Below are positions 1-11,830 of a DNA stretch of 64,000 nt, one piece after another. The translations under genes were made by a program, and so were the position numbers. Every line of letters starts with the position of its first letter. Positions within the stretch are counted from its first letter, which is position 1. Source of the DNA: Bacteroides sp. (GTDB taxonomy: Bacteria > Bacteroidota > Bacteroidia > Bacteroidales > Bacteroidaceae); NCBI GenBank assembly GCA_019414725.1, contig DXLM01000006.1, forward strand, positions 4,851 to 68,850, read 5' to 3'. A model generated the notes under the pieces. The model was not told where the DNA came from and made no database searches. It worked only from the letters and a program-made list of their open reading frames with translations.

Positions 1-723
1 CAAGTTCTTTCCCTGTTTGATGGTGTGTTCCTCTAAGTAATTGAAACGACGGATAAACTTCTGGTTAGTGAGTTCCAATGCATTATCCGGATTAATCTTG
101 TAAAGGCGGGCCGCGTTTATAAGACTGAACATTACATCACCGAATTCCGCTTCCGCCTTCTCCTTATCCATGTTCTCCACCTCAGCTTCAAACTCGCCGA
201 TCTCCTCTTTTACTTTAGTCCAAACCTGCGAACGCTCCTCCCAATCAAATCCCACGTTGCGGGCCTTATCCTGAATGCGGTATGCCTTGATTAGCGAAGG
301 TAAAGCAGAAGGTACTCCACTCAAAACCATTTTGTTACCATCCTTTTCCTTCATCTTCAACTGTTCCCAATTTTCAGTCACCTTCTCGGCAGTCTCGGCT
401 TTCACTTCGCCAAAAACATGAGGATGACGGAAAATCAGCTTCTCACAAAGACAGTCACACACATCCTTGATATCAAAATCTCCTGTTTCACTACCTATCT
501 TTGCATAAAAGGCCACATGCAACAACACATCACCCAACTCTTTACAGATATCCTTCTTGTCATCCTTCATCAAAGCATCACAAAGTTCGTAAGTTTCTTC
601 AATCGTATTAGGACGCAGACTTTCATTCGTCTGTTTCCGATCCCAAGGACACTTCTCTCGCAACTCGTCTAAAATATCGAGGAAGCGGCCAAATGCTTCC
701 ATTTGTTCTTTTCTTGTATGCAT
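1..723 (-). CDS. mazG: Nucleoside triphosphate pyrophosphohydrolase MazG (3' end runs off the window)
   Basis: Manual translation from ATG at 723: MHTRKEQMEAFGRFLDILDELREKCPWDRKQT..., the typical MazG N-terminus. Not in the ORF track because the stop lies outside the window. Confidence 0.92.
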   Translation of the reverse strand, partial: MHTRKEQMEAFGRFLDILDELREKCPWDRKQTNESLRPNTIEETYELCDALMKDDKKDICKELGDVLLHVAFYAKIGSETGDFDIKDVCDCLCEKLIFRHPHVFGEVKAETAEKVTENWEQLKMKEKDGNKMVLSGVPSALPSLIKAYRIQDKARNVGFDWEERSQVWTKVKEEIGEFEAEVENMDKEKAEAEFGDVMFSLINAARLYKINPDNALELTNQKFIRRFNYLEEHTIKQGKNL

Positions 724-833
724 AATCAGTTTATTAATATCATTTTGTAGTGCAAAAGTACATAATAATCCAACGACTTTTATTAATTTTGCACTCAATT
801 ATGCGATAATCAATTAAATAAATAAAATATAAA

Positions 834-3461
834 ATGGAATTAGCAAGTAAGTACAATCCCGCTGACGTGGAAGGAAAATGGTATCAGTATTGGCTGGACA
901 ACAAACTCTTTAGTTCAAAACCCGACGGACGTGAACCTTACACAGTCGTCATTCCACCACCCAACGTAACCGGAGTACTCCATATGGGACACATGCTAAA
1001 CAATACCATTCAGGATATATTAGTACGCCGTGCCCGCATGGAAGGCAAGAATGCCTGCTGGGTGCCGGGAACCGACCATGCTTCCATTGCCACAGAAGCC
1101 AAAGTGGTGAACAAACTGGCCGGACAAGGTATAAAGAAAACTGACCTTAGCCGTGACGAATTCCTGAAACATGCCTGGGCGTGGACAGAAGAACATGGAG
1201 GTATTATCCTGAAACAGCTGCGCAAACTAGGTGCATCCTGCGATTGGGACCGTACAGCATTCACCATGGACGAAGAACGTAGCGAAAGTGTCATCAAAGT
1301 ATTCGTAGACCTTTACAACAAAGGTTTGATCTATCGCGGTGTACGCATGGTAAACTGGGACCCAAAAGCACTGACAGCTCTCAGTGATGAAGAAGTTATT
1401 TATAAGGAAGAACACAGCAAACTGTATTATCTCCGTTACAAAGTAGAAGGTGATGCTGAAGGACGCTATGCGGTAGTTGCTACCACTCGTCCCGAAACAA
1501 TTATGGGAGATACTGCCATGTGTATCAATCCCAATGACCCGAAAAACCAATGGCTGAAAGGCAAAAAGGTAATTGTACCACTGGTAAACCGTATCATTCC
1601 GGTTATCGAAGACGACTACGTAGACATTGAATTTGGTACAGGATGTCTGAAAGTAACACCCGCCCATGATGTGAATGACTATATGCTTGGCGAAAAATAT
1701 AACTTGCCCAGCATTGATATCTTCAATGATAACGGAACACTGAGCGAAGCTGCCGGACTGTATGTAGGTATGGACCGTTTTGATGTACGTAAACAGATTG
1801 AACAAGACTTGCAATCTGCCGGATTGCTGGAAAAGGTAGAAGCTTATACTAATAAGGTAGGTTTCTCGGAACGTACCAATGTAGCCATCGAACCGAAACT
1901 GTCCATGCAGTGGTTCTTGAAGATGCAACATTTTGCAGACATGGCATTGCCTCCTGTAATGAATGATGAACTGAAATTCTATCCTGCCAAATACAAGAAC
2001 ACCTACAAAAACTGGCTGGAAAATATCAAAGACTGGTGTATCAGCCGCCAGCTTTGGTGGGGACATCGCATTCCGGCATACTTTCTGCCCGAAGGCGGTT
2101 ATGTAGTAGCCGAAACAGCGGAAGAAGCTTTGAAGTTGGCACAAGAAAAAACCGGTAATACCAATCTGAAAATGGAAGATTTACGTCAAGACGATGACTG
2201 TCTGGACACTTGGTTCTCTTCATGGCTGTGGCCCATTTCTTTATTTAACGGTATCAATAATCCTAATAATGAAGAAATAAACTACTATTATCCTACTAGT
2301 GACTTGGTTACAGGACCGGATATCATTTTCTTCTGGGTGGCACGAATGATTATGGCAGGATATGAATATAAAGGTGATATGCCGTTCAAAAACGTTTATT
2401 TCACAGGCATCGTACGCGACAAACTGGGACGTAAGATGTCAAAGTCTTTGGGTAATTCACCCGACCCGTTGGAACTAATTGACAAGTATGGTGCCGATGG
2501 CGTGCGAATGGGTATGATGCTTGCCGCTCCCGCAGGAAACGATATTTTATTTGATGATGCGTTATGTGAACAAGGACGTAACTTCAATAACAAAATATGG
2601 AATGCATTCCGCTTGGTGAAAGGTTGGGAAGTTGCCGATATTGCACAGCCCGAATATGCAAGACTGGCCACTGAATGGTTTGAATCCATGTTGGCAAAAA
2701 CAGCTGCAGAAGTAGCTGACTTATTCGGCAAATATCGTTTGAGCGAAGCACTGATGGCTGTATACAAATTATTCTGGGACGAATTCTCAAGCTGGTATCT
2801 GGAAATGATCAAGCCGACATACGGACAACCCATTGACAAAGCGACCTATGAAAAAACTTTAGGCTTCTTTGATAACTTGCTGAAGTTGCTGCATCCGTTC
2901 ATGCCTTTCATTACCGAAGAGTTATGGCAACATATATATGACCGCAAAGAAGGGGAAAGCCTGATGGTCCAGCAATTGAACATTCCGACTGCTTGTAATG
3001 AGATTATCGTCAAAGAATTTGAAGTAGTGAAAGAAGTAATCGGTGGTATCCGTACTATTCGTTTACAGAAAAACATTGCACAGAAAGAAACTTTGGAGTT
3101 GCAAGTAGTAGGTGTAAATCCAGTAGCTACATTCAATCCTGTTATTACTAAATTGTGTAACCTCTCTTCTATCGAAGCCGTAGAGAATAAAGCTGACGGC
3201 TCCGGCTCATTTATGGTAGGTACCACTGAATATGCCATACCATTGGGCAATTTAATCAACACAGAAGAAGAACTGGCAAAACTGGAGGCTGATTTAAAAT
3301 ATCAGGAAGGCTTTTTGCAAAGTGTATTGAAAAAATTAAGCAATGAAAAATTTGTCAGCAAAGCACCAGCCAACGTTATTGATATGGAACGTAAGAAACA
3401 GGCTGATGCAGAAAGCAAAATAGCTTCTTTAAAAGAAAGTATTGCTGCTCTGAAAAAATAA
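834..3461 (+). CDS. valS: Valine--tRNA ligase
   Basis: 875 aa; [13 protein letters not shown] (HIGH), KMSKS, C-terminal coiled coil. Confidence 0.98.
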   Translation: MELASKYNPADVEGKWYQYWLDNKLFSSKPDGREPYTVVIPPPNVTGVLHMGHMLNNTIQDILVRRARMEGKNACWVPGTDHASIATEAKVVNKLAGQGIKKTDLSRDEFLKHAWAWTEEHGGIILKQLRKLGASCDWDRTAFTMDEERSESVIKVFVDLYNKGLIYRGVRMVNWDPKALTALSDEEVIYKEEHSKLYYLRYKVEGDAEGRYAVVATTRPETIMGDTAMCINPNDPKNQWLKGKKVIVPLVNRIIPVIEDDYVDIEFGTGCLKVTPAHDVNDYMLGEKYNLPSIDIFNDNGTLSEAAGLYVGMDRFDVRKQIEQDLQSAGLLEKVEAYTNKVGFSERTNVAIEPKLSMQWFLKMQHFADMALPPVMNDELKFYPAKYKNTYKNWLENIKDWCISRQLWWGHRIPAYFLPEGGYVVAETAEEALKLAQEKTGNTNLKMEDLRQDDDCLDTWFSSWLWPISLFNGINNPNNEEINYYYPTSDLVTGPDIIFFWVARMIMAGYEYKGDMPFKNVYFTGIVRDKLGRKMSKSLGNSPDPLELIDKYGADGVRMGMMLAAPAGNDILFDDALCEQGRNFNNKIWNAFRLVKGWEVADIAQPEYARLATEWFESMLAKTAAEVADLFGKYRLSEALMAVYKLFWDEFSSWYLEMIKPTYGQPIDKATYEKTLGFFDNLLKLLHPFMPFITEELWQHIYDRKEGESLMVQQLNIPTACNEIIVKEFEVVKEVIGGIRTIRLQKNIAQKETLELQVVGVNPVATFNPVITKLCNLSSIEAVENKADGSGSFMVGTTEYAIPLGNLINTEEELAKLEADLKYQEGFLQSVLKKLSNEKFVSKAPANVIDMERKKQADAESKIASLKESIAALKK

Positions 3462-3469
3462 AAAAATAT

Positions 3470-3508
3470 ACCGCTTTACAGAGATTGCAACATTCTATGT
3501 AAAGCGGT
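3470..3508 (+). terminator. Hairpin after valS, probable intrinsic terminator
   Basis: ACCGCTTTACA / TGTAAAGCGGT inverted repeat just after the stop codon. Confidence 0.6.
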
Positions 3509-3526
3509 CATCACTTCTTTTTTAAT

Positions 3527-3616
3527 AAAGAGATGTGTCAAAAGTAATTCTGCTATTGTCTTGCTGCAAAGCTCGGATAGTTTTGATAATTACTTCAAAT
3601 TTTGACACATCTCTTT
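3527..3616. repeat. 17-bp perfect inverted repeat with 56-bp spacer
   Basis: AAAGAGATGTGTCAAAA (3527-3543) / TTTTGACACATCTCTTT (3600-3616). Confidence 0.75.
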
Positions 3617-3641
3617 CTTTTTTCTAATTGTCTTTCATTAT

Positions 3642-4082
3642 TCAACGGGTATGATCTTTCCTGTTTTTCTGAGAAATTTTCAATTCTACTATAAAAGCAA
3701 CTACCAAGCCCAAACCACCAAAAAGCAAGACATTTGCACCATAAATCAATGAAGTTAACTCGCTCATGCGCCAATTACGCTCTGTGAAATAATCGGGAAC
3801 CGTGGTTACACAAATAATATAACCAGTCAACAACCCTAGTCCCATACCCAGCAACAAACAGCCAAATTTCAAGGCCGAGAAAGAAATCGGGGAAGATGAC
3901 ATGAAAGGAGTTCCTACAGGAAGAGGCAGGCTAAGCCTGTTCCCCAACATGGAAGGATCTAACTTGTCTCCCAATTTTTCTATCATAGTAAGACGCTCTT
4001 TCTTACCAACAAAAAGTTCAAATAATTTGTAGATTCCTAATGTAATGATACCTACAACAATCCAACCGGTAATGTAACCCAT
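3642..4082 (-). CDS. Small membrane protein (DUF6249-like), divergent from the ECF sigma gene
   Basis: 146 aa with three hydrophobic segments; 'KKERLTMIEK' and 'ALKFGCLLLGMGLGLL' motifs. Confidence 0.75.
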   Translation of the reverse strand: MGYITGWIVVGIITLGIYKLFELFVGKKERLTMIEKLGDKLDPSMLGNRLSLPLPVGTPFMSSSPISFSALKFGCLLLGMGLGLLTGYIICVTTVPDYFTERNWRMSELTSLIYGANVLLFGGLGLVVAFIVELKISQKNRKDHTR

Positions 4083-4125
4083 AATTTATTCGTATTTAAG
4101 TTATTAATTTTGTTCCTTTGTATTC

Positions 4126-4155
4126 ATTAGACGCTGCGTAGCCAAAGAGGTTACA
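4126..4155 (-). promoter_or_regulatory. ECF sigma-type promoter for the DUF6249-like gene
   Basis: Minus strand reads TGTAACCTCT-N11-GCGTCTAAT (AAC -35, CGTC -10). Confidence 0.75.
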
Positions 4156-4189
4156 CTTTTGAGAAAGAAAAAAATATTTTCTCTTTTTA

Positions 4190-4219
4190 TGTAACCTCTC
4201 TCCCAGCCCTGCGTCTAAT
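4190..4219 (+). promoter_or_regulatory. ECF sigma-type (autoregulatory) promoter of the sigma gene
   Basis: TGTAACCTCT-N11-GCGTCTAAT, with the same elements and spacing as the divergent copy. Confidence 0.75.
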
Positions 4220-4226
4220 AGACAAA

Positions 4227-4772
4227 ATGGAAAACGACGAAACACATATTATTCATAGGATATTAAAAGGAGAAACTTCTCTCTACGAATACTTCTTGGA
4301 TAAATACAGTCAGCAAGTATTTATCTTGATTATACGCATCGTGGAGAATCAGGAGGATGCGGAAGAGTTGACCCAGGATACGTTCTTGAAAGCCTTTGAA
4401 CATCTTTCGTCGTTTAAAGCAGAGAGTAGTTTCTCTACATGGATATACCGCATTGCATATAACACCGCCATATCGGCAACCAGAAAAAGAAAACAAGAGT
4501 TAATTGTTATGGACAGTGCCATGTTAATGAATATATCCGACCAGCAAATAGACGATGCCCTGAATGATGAAAGCGGGGAACGGGTAGGAAAGCTCAATAA
4601 GGCCATCAAGAAACTGGATGCAGAAGAACGCGCCTTGATTTCCCTATTTTATAATGAAGAGAAAACTATCGGTGAAATCGCTCTTATCCTGGGACTGACG
4701 GAAAGCAATGCAAAAGTAAAATTGCATCGAATAAGAAAAAAATTATATATACTCATAACAGAAGCAGAATGA
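4227..4772 (+). CDS. ECF-type RNA polymerase sigma factor
   Basis: 181 aa; DAEELTQDTFLKAF...FSTWIYRIAYN (region 2) and EIALILGLTESNAKVKLHRIRKKL (region 4). Confidence 0.95.
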   Translation: MENDETHIIHRILKGETSLYEYFLDKYSQQVFILIIRIVENQEDAEELTQDTFLKAFEHLSSFKAESSFSTWIYRIAYNTAISATRKRKQELIVMDSAMLMNISDQQIDDALNDESGERVGKLNKAIKKLDAEERALISLFYNEEKTIGEIALILGLTESNAKVKLHRIRKKLYILITEAE

Positions 4773-5146
4773 ACGAGAAACAAAAAGATAAAGGATTAAT
4801 GAAGGCTGTAAAAGAACAGCCCCAATTCCGGCTGACCTCCAATTTTACTTTCCGCACCATGCAGAAAGTAGAGGAAGCTATACTCTTACGTGAAAAGAAA
4901 CAGGAGAGAAAGATGTTACTAGCTACTATTGCTGCTTCTCTATTCTTAATAATAAGCGGCAGCATCGGTCTGTATATTTATTTTGGAAAGCACATTAAGG
5001 AAACTATGTATCATGCATTTCTTGCTGGCAGTCATGTTTTAAAAATACAAATTCCTCTCATTTATCTGCTATTCATCATAACTATACCCTTATTCATGGT
5101 TTTTGACCGATGGATGAGAAAACAATATTTTAAACGCCACTCTTGA
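4769..5146 (+). CDS. Putative membrane anti-sigma factor
   Basis: Overlaps the sigma stop (ATGA); soluble N-terminus followed by two TM helices. Confidence 0.65.
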   Translation: MNEKQKDKGLMKAVKEQPQFRLTSNFTFRTMQKVEEAILLREKKQERKMLLATIAASLFLIISGSIGLYIYFGKHIKETMYHAFLAGSHVLKIQIPLIYLLFIITIPLFMVFDRWMRKQYFKRHS

Positions 5147-5171
5147 AAAAACATTTTCCTCACCTATGATA

Positions 5172-5206
5172 TAAAAAAGCATCGGAAACTTTACTATCCC
5201 GATGCT
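5172..5206. terminator. Terminator hairpin between convergent genes
   Basis: AGCATCGG / CCGATGCT with a flanking A-run. Confidence 0.55.
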
Positions 5207-5219
5207 CCTATTATTTTAT

Positions 5220-5669
5220 CTATTTTTCAAGCAAGTCTTTTAAAAATGCATCCAATTCTTCATCCAAACCCTTTAAAAGTTCATCATTCAGCAATAAAGT
5301 GTCTTCATCATCTATCAATAAAAGTTCGGTTACAGTTTCCCTATCCTCATCAACCAAAACAAAAGAATAAGGCTTCATTATAGCTAACTTATCCAAAACT
5401 CCCGTATCTTTCAATGCGTTGATCTCCCCACGAAGTATACGCTCTACTATTGTATAAAAATCATCTTCACTATAATCCACCCACTCTTCAATTATGGTAC
5501 GTGACAATTCTTCGTCATCATCATTAAAAATAACTAATTCACCACTGTCCTGCTTAGGCTGCAAATGGATATCGGTGACTACCGTTCTCTCTCCATCCGC
5601 TATATATTTATCAACCGCTTCCCGAAGCGAAGACGCAATAGAAGCATGTGACTGTGCACTGAGTTTCAT
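5220..5669 (-). CDS. Acidic hypothetical protein
   Basis: 149-aa D/E-rich ORF; TACTTTTG promoter-like motif upstream. Confidence 0.75.
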   Translation of the reverse strand: MKLSAQSHASIASSLREAVDKYIADGERTVVTDIHLQPKQDSGELVIFNDDDEELSRTIIEEWVDYSEDDFYTIVERILRGEINALKDTGVLDKLAIMKPYSFVLVDEDRETVTELLLIDDEDTLLLNDELLKGLDEELDAFLKDLLEK

Positions 5670-5739
5670 ACCAAAATCAATTTTATATATTATTTATATC
5701 CAAAAGTACAAAAAAAATCTTTCTCTCAACACTTATTCT

Positions 5740-6732
5740 CTAAAAATTATCATCAAAACGTTTCATTTGTATTCTCAATTGGGATAGCTTACTCTCTCTT
5801 TTCTCTAACTCCAATGAATAAAAGGCTATCAATTGTTCATCCCTGCTGCCTGATTTCACCAAATTCTTCGCTTTACCCAACCATTCCTTGGCCTGTTCTA
5901 CATTATCCTTTATTTCATAATATAGTGCAATATTAAAAGCCGCTTTCATCTTTTGCTGGCCTTTTCTCTTCTCATAGGCTATCTTCCACTGACTATACGC
6001 TTCATCCCAATTGTTCTCACGAAGATATACACCGGCATCGCGCATTTCAATATTCCCGCCATCGTAATAAAAACGAGCCACCTCATCCCAATGTGGCAAC
6101 AGATGTTCTACTGGAATAGAAGCGGCATATTCCGAAGCTTCTTTTACTATCTTCCGGTCAGAAAGAGCTGGTTCTATTTCCCAGGAAATGGTATCTTGCT
6201 TGGCAACTACAAACAAAGGTTTATCACGATTGGGAATATATACTCTAACAATCGGAGATATAATTCCATCTACAGCATCTATAGGCATAGGAAAATCCGG
6301 ATAGAACAGTACGCCGGGCTTAGTCTGAATATGAATACGATCAAAAGACAATATCATATCCACTCCCAAGTCCTCGCTCAGTTTCCGTACTTCCTCTTTA
6401 GTCAGAATGACATTAACCCGTGGCACTTTATCCTGTGCCCGGAATACAGAATCACAGATAATGACCTGATCGAAATAATTCACATTGGCAATATTCTCTG
6501 CCAAAGCTTCGGATGCCACTTTACCATCGCCTTCCAACTCACTGCTCAGTATTTCATGATTATCTTTAGTTTTCAGTACAGGCATATTGTTTATCACAGC
6601 CACTTTTCTCACAGCATCCGGAAAACTGACATCGGCTGCCTGTAACTGGTCAAAAGATATGGTCTGCAAACTGCTGCAGGAAGCAAAAAGTGTCCCGGCA
6701 ACTAGAATTATTAATGAGGCGGATCTTTTCAT
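5740..6732 (-). CDS. Lipoprotein with C-terminal TPR-like helices (DUF6340-like)
   Basis: Lipobox LFAS-C; 'KAAFNIALYYE' TPR-like segment. Confidence 0.75.
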   Translation of the reverse strand: MKRSASLIILVAGTLFASCSSLQTISFDQLQAADVSFPDAVRKVAVINNMPVLKTKDNHEILSSELEGDGKVASEALAENIANVNYFDQVIICDSVFRAQDKVPRVNVILTKEEVRKLSEDLGVDMILSFDRIHIQTKPGVLFYPDFPMPIDAVDGIISPIVRVYIPNRDKPLFVVAKQDTISWEIEPALSDRKIVKEASEYAASIPVEHLLPHWDEVARFYYDGGNIEMRDAGVYLRENNWDEAYSQWKIAYEKRKGQQKMKAAFNIALYYEIKDNVEQAKEWLGKAKNLVKSGSRDEQLIAFYSLELEKRESKLSQLRIQMKRFDDNF

Positions 6733-6796
6733 ATTATCATTTTTTCTTAGGGAACAAAAATACGCTTATTTATGTAAGAAGTAAGTTAAAAGGAAT

Positions 6797-6835
6797 AAAA
6801 AAAACGTCCGGGTAGTAAATTCTACCCGAACGTTT
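6797..6835 (-). terminator. Intrinsic terminator of secA
   Basis: AAACGTCCGGGTAG / CTACCCGAACGTTT hairpin with a U-run on the minus strand. Confidence 0.65.
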
Positions 6836-6854
6836 CTATAATAATCGTTATTTA

Positions 6855-9800
6855 TCACGCATTTTGCCCGTGACAGTTCTTATATTTCTTACCGCTTCCG
6901 CAAGGACAAGGATCGTTACGACCCACTGTCTTTTCCGCACGAACCGGCTCACGCTTTACCTCGCGGGTGTCATGTTCGGCAGCAGCTTGCTGGTGAGGAT
7001 CACTTAAATCCTGCTTTTCCTCTCTATACTGTTGACGAGGAGCCTGCGGTTCGGGAGCAGCTTCACGAACTTGTTCCGGTTCTTGAACCGGGATTTGTCC
7101 ACGCATCAATACAGAAATGGTATTGTTATTGATCTTATTTACCATGTTGTCAAACAAATTGACAGATTCCAACTTAAAGATCAGCAGCGGATCTTTCTGC
7201 TCATAGCTAGCATTCTGTACAGAATGTTTCAGTTCATCCAGTTCACGCAGGTTTTCTTTCCATGCATCATCAATAGTATGAAGCAGAATCGCCTTCTCAA
7301 ATGACTTCACAATCTCCTTGCCTTCTGTTTCATAAGCCGCCTTCAAGTTGACAGAGATATTATACAAGCGTTTGCCATCCGTAATAGGAATCATGATGTT
7401 TTCGTACATATGTCCTTGCATCTCATATACCTGTTTGATAACGGGATTGGCAATCTGGGCCATACGGTCTGTCTTGCGCTTGAAGTTGTTCATTGCCGCT
7501 TCAAAGGTTTTCTCAGCAAGATCTTCTTTTCTCATCTTGTTGTACTCCTCTTCTGTGAATGGTACTTCCATTGCCAATGTCTGCAATATTTCCATCTTCA
7601 CATTATCAAAGTCGCCCAATTCTACAGCATAAGCGCAACGATCCCAAATCATATTCACGATATCCATACCGATACGCTCACCCATCAAGGCATGACGACG
7701 TTTGGTATAAACAGCCACACGCTGTTTGTTCATCACATCATCATATTCCAGCAAGCGTTTACGAATACCAAAGTTATTTTCTTCCACTTTCTTCTGAGCA
7801 CGTTCAATGGAATTTGAAATCATCTTGTGCTCAATCATCTCACCTTCTTTGAAGCCAAGTTTATCCATTACACTGGCAATACGATCTGAAGAGAACAAAC
7901 GCATCAAATCATCTTCCAATGATACAAAGAACACAGATGAACCCGGATCCCCTTGACGACCGGCACGACCACGCAACTGACGGTCCACGCGGCGACTTTC
8001 ATGACGTTCCGTACCGATAATAGCCAAACCGCCCGCAGCTTTCACTTCCGGACTCAGCTTAATGTCGGTACCACGACCTGCCATGTTGGTAGCAATAGTC
8101 ACGATACTCTTCTGACCTGCCTGTGCCACAATATCCGCCTCTCTTTGATGCAGTTTCGCATTCAACACATTATGCTCAATCTTGCGCATTGCAAGCATTT
8201 TGCTCAACATTTCAGAGATTTCCACCGAAGTGGTACCTACCAGAACAGGACGTCCTTCTTTTACCATTTCTTCAATCTCTTCGATGACAGCTTTATACTT
8301 CTCACGTTTTGTCTTATAAACGCGATCATTCATATCTTTACGGGCAATAGGACGATTCGTCGGAATAACAACGACATCCAATTTATAAATATCCCAAAGT
8401 TCTCCCGCTTCCGTTTCCGCTGTACCGGTCATACCCGACAATTTATGATACATACGGAAATAGTTCTGTAAAGTGATGGTAGCAAAGGTCTGGGTAGCAG
8501 CTTCCACCTTCACGCCTTCTTTGGCCTCAATAGCCTGATGCAAACCGTCAGAATAACGACGGCCTTCCATAATACGTCCTGTCTGTTCGTCAACAATCTT
8601 AACCTGTCCGTCGATTACAACATATTCGTCATCCTTTTCGAACATGGCATAAGCCTTCAGCAACTGGTTGATAGTGTGTACGCGTTCAGACTTGATAGCG
8701 TAATTTGTCATCAGTTCATCTTTCTTGGCCAGTTTTTCTTCTTCTGTCAAATCTGTCTCATTTTCCAAAGCAGACAATTGGGAAGTAATATCAGGCAAAA
8801 CGAATAAAGTAGGATCTGCCGCATTTCCTGTAATCAAGTCAATACCTTTGTCGGTCAAATCTACGCTGTTTTGCTTTTCATCAATTACGAAATACAATGG
8901 ATCAGTGGCCTCAGGCATACGCTTGTTATTCTGTTCCATATAAATTTCCTCTGTCTTCAGCATACCTGCCTTAATACCTTGTTCACTTAGGAACTTGATT
9001 AACGGCTTATTTTTGGGCAGTGCCTTATGACTACGGAACAATGCCAAAAATCCCTCTTCCTGATCTTTCTTGTCATCCGATGCAATCAAGCGTTTGGCAT
9101 CGGCCAAATATTGGGTAGCCAACTTTTTCTGAGCTTCAAACAGACGCTCTACCAAAGGACGGAGTTGCTCAAACAACTGATCCTCACCTTTAGGAACAGG
9201 ACCAGAAATAATCAACGGAGTACGAGCATCGTCAATCAATACAGAGTCCACCTCATCGACAATAGCATAATTATGTTTACGCTGCACCAAGTCTTTTGGA
9301 CTGACAGCCATATTGTCACGCAAGTAATCGAAACCGAATTCATTATTCGTACCGAAAGTGATATCGGCCATATAAGCTCTGCGGCGTGCATCAGAATTGG
9401 GCTGGTGTTTATCAATACAGTCCACACTCAATCCATGGAACTGATACAATGGCCCCATCCATTCCGAGTCACGTTTTGACAAGTAATCATTAACAGTAAC
9501 TACATGTACGCCATTACCGGTCAGTGCATTCAAAAACACAGGCAAAGTGGCTACCAACGTCTTACCTTCACCAGTAGCCATTTCGGCAATCTTGCCTTTA
9601 TGTAACACTACACCACCGAATAACTGCACATCGTAATGCACCATGCTCCATACCATGTCATTACCACCAGCAATCCAATGGTTCTGCCAAATCGCCTTAT
9701 CGCCCTCAATACGCACAAAATCTTTTCCCTGAGCAGCCAGTTCACGGTCAAAATCGGTAGCGGTTACAACCAATTCCGGATTTTCAGAAAAACGGCGTGC

Positions 9801-10151
9801 AGTGTCTTTTACAATGGCAAAAGCCTGCGGAAGTACATCATCCAGTGCTTTTTCATATTTTTCCAGCACTTCTTTTTCCAGTTTGTCTATCTGCGCGAAG
9901 ATGCCCTCACGATCTTCCAGTTCTGTAGTTTCGATAGTACCTTTCAATTCTTCTATCTTCTTTTGTTCCTCAGCAGCCGAATCAGAAATGTACTTCTTTA
10001 ATTCTACTGTTTTTGCACGAAGCTCGTCATTGCTCAATTTGGCAATTTCCGGATAAACAGCCTTTATTTTATCAACCCATGGCTTGATTTCTTTCATGTC
10101 ACGAGTGGCCTTATTTCCAAACAATTTGCCAATAAATTCATTAAATCCCAT
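6855..10151 (-). CDS. secA: Preprotein translocase ATPase SecA
   Basis: [28 protein letters not shown]-terminal [18 protein letters not shown]. Confidence 0.99.
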   Translation of the reverse strand: MGFNEFIGKLFGNKATRDMKEIKPWVDKIKAVYPEIAKLSNDELRAKTVELKKYISDSAAEEQKKIEELKGTIETTELEDREGIFAQIDKLEKEVLEKYEKALDDVLPQAFAIVKDTARRFSENPELVVTATDFDRELAAQGKDFVRIEGDKAIWQNHWIAGGNDMVWSMVHYDVQLFGGVVLHKGKIAEMATGEGKTLVATLPVFLNALTGNGVHVVTVNDYLSKRDSEWMGPLYQFHGLSVDCIDKHQPNSDARRRAYMADITFGTNNEFGFDYLRDNMAVSPKDLVQRKHNYAIVDEVDSVLIDDARTPLIISGPVPKGEDQLFEQLRPLVERLFEAQKKLATQYLADAKRLIASDDKKDQEEGFLALFRSHKALPKNKPLIKFLSEQGIKAGMLKTEEIYMEQNNKRMPEATDPLYFVIDEKQNSVDLTDKGIDLITGNAADPTLFVLPDITSQLSALENETDLTEEEKLAKKDELMTNYAIKSERVHTINQLLKAYAMFEKDDEYVVIDGQVKIVDEQTGRIMEGRRYSDGLHQAIEAKEGVKVEAATQTFATITLQNYFRMYHKLSGMTGTAETEAGELWDIYKLDVVVIPTNRPIARKDMNDRVYKTKREKYKAVIEEIEEMVKEGRPVLVGTTSVEISEMLSKMLAMRKIEHNVLNAKLHQREADIVAQAGQKSIVTIATNMAGRGTDIKLSPEVKAAGGLAIIGTERHESRRVDRQLRGRAGRQGDPGSSVFFVSLEDDLMRLFSSDRIASVMDKLGFKEGEMIEHKMISNSIERAQKKVEENNFGIRKRLLEYDDVMNKQRVAVYTKRRHALMGERIGMDIVNMIWDRCAYAVELGDFDNVKMEILQTLAMEVPFTEEEYNKMRKEDLAEKTFEAAMNNFKRKTDRMAQIANPVIKQVYEMQGHMYENIMIPITDGKRLYNISVNLKAAYETEGKEIVKSFEKAILLHTIDDAWKENLRELDELKHSVQNASYEQKDPLLIFKLESVNLFDNMVNKINNNTISVLMRGQIPVQEPEQVREAAPEPQAPRQQYREEKQDLSDPHQQAAAEHDTREVKREPVRAEKTVGRNDPCPCGSGKKYKNCHGQNA

Positions 10152-10246
10152 TGTATTTTTTGTTTTTATTATTTTCTAATTTGATTACTTTTGAAAGTGC
10201 AAAGTTACAATAAAATGCTGATTTATTTGCACTTCTCTCCTTAATA

Positions 10247-11830
10247 TTATTTTCTGATGTCTGTCATTGGTGCCAGAACGGCTGCATTAGGAGCACGAAT
10301 ACGCATGTAATGGGCTACGGTGGGTGCTATATTGCCTATTTTTATAGGCGCATGGATTATTTCCGGTTTCATTCCGTTCCCAATGAAAATCAATGGAGCC
10401 GACGCATATGAATAGCGTTGCACCTGCGTATCAAGCGAATGTTCACGGAATACAGTCCAGCCTGGTAAGACTTCTATCCATAAATCTCCGGAACATATCG
10501 GGTTATAGTAATTCTTAATTTTATCAATGGTAGGAGTCCACGCTCCCAATTGCAAACGTTGTGAAGAATACACATCTTTCACTCCGCTGAACTGTACCAA
10601 GAATTCTGCCGCACGATTTAATATCTCGGATATATTCAGTTGTTTCTGCTCTATCAGCTTATGATTCAAGTATATTTGCTGCTCAAAATGCGCCTCCACC
10701 CATTGTCCTTCACCGTAAATAGCTGCCAAATAAAGGTTCAACAGAGCAGAACAACGTTCAATATGGAATTCTCCACCCGGTATTTTATATTGAGGAGAAT
10801 CAACAGGATCAGCGTCAGCATATCCTGTAGAGGTTATAAAGAATAAAGTATTGTTCAAACCAACCTTCCGGTCTATCAATTCCAATAATTCAGCAATACT
10901 GTTGTCCAGACGTACATAGGTATCCTGCATTTCCATCGGGAGTTCTGCAGGAGCCTTATGATCATAATTCCCGGCATAATATGCCAGTGACAAAAAGTCC
11001 GGAACAGCATCCTTTCCAATGGAAGTATTACTAAAACAAGCATTAACCAAACGGTTTACCTCATCATTAGCATAAGGGCTTGTTTTCAATTTACGGTATT
11101 TATTTTTCCGCTCGTCATCGAAATTATGCTTGAACGTAACTTGTTTGTTCTCGCTAGTCAAATATTTATAGACAGTCACAGGCAAATAAGGCTCCCACGA
11201 CATATTGCCGATACGGAAATCCAATCCTTCACGGTCATTATAAGTAGTCACCCATGCAGGAAATGTACCATAATATGTACTGCCACTCCATTTTCCTGTT
11301 TCATCATTCAACCAGAATGCACCTTTCGAAGCATGACCGGCAGCCAACACCGCCATTTCACGTGTAGGAGCGATAGAATAAACTTCAGCTATTCCTTGTG
11401 TGGCTATTACCAACTCATCTGTCAAAGTCGACACCTTCATTTTCTGCGGAGAAGTGGACTCTGAAGTGTAAATACCCATAAAATCAGCATCGTCCACACA
11501 ATTAAGGACTCGCAGAGTACTGCGGTCCATCCAGTTATCCCCCACGATTCCGTTGGTATAAGGTGTAGTGCCAGAATAAATGGCCGCTACAGCTGATGAC
11601 TTATCCACATTAATAAAGTCATATTCGGCATTCCGATAAATCCGTCCTTCTCTCCACAACCGCTTGAAACCACGTTCACCGTATAAAGCCGAAAAAGCCT
11701 CTATATAATCAGTCCGCAACTGGTCAATAGTCAATCCGACCACCAACCTGGGAACCGCAGGAATGTTCTGTGCCTGCAACCCTGTTAATGCGATAACAGT
11801 CAAAAGAGAAGTTAAGATGCGTCCTTTCAT
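10247..11830 (-). CDS. Alkaline phosphatase superfamily (PafA-like) protein with apparently degenerate catalytic motifs
   Basis: Signal peptide; PRLVVGLTIDQLR...GFKRL...SGTTP..NGIVGD scaffold. Confidence 0.85.
   Translation of the reverse strand: MKGRILTSLLTVIALTGLQAQNIPAVPRLVVGLTIDQLRTDYIEAFSALYGERGFKRLWREGRIYRNAEYDFINVDKSSAVAAIYSGTTPYTNGIVGDNWMDRSTLRVLNCVDDADFMGIYTSESTSPQKMKVSTLTDELVIATQGIAEVYSIAPTREMAVLAAGHASKGAFWLNDETGKWSGSTYYGTFPAWVTTYNDREGLDFRIGNMSWEPYLPVTVYKYLTSENKQVTFKHNFDDERKNKYRKLKTSPYANDEVNRLVNACFSNTSIGKDAVPDFLSLAYYAGNYDHKAPAELPMEMQDTYVRLDNSIAELLELIDRKVGLNNTLFFITSTGYADADPVDSPQYKIPGGEFHIERCSALLNLYLAAIYGEGQWVEAHFEQQIYLNHKLIEQKQLNISEILNRAAEFLVQFSGVKDVYSSQRLQLGAWTPTIDKIKNYYNPICSGDLWIEVLPGWTVFREHSLDTQVQRYSYASAPLIFIGNGMKPEIIHAPIKIGNIAPTVAHYMRIRAPNAAVLAPMTDIRK

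Noticed and set aside
6855..10151. Unusually long SecA (1098 aa), possible intein
   Set aside because: This length is typical of Bacteroidetes SecA, and no intein splice motifs were seen.
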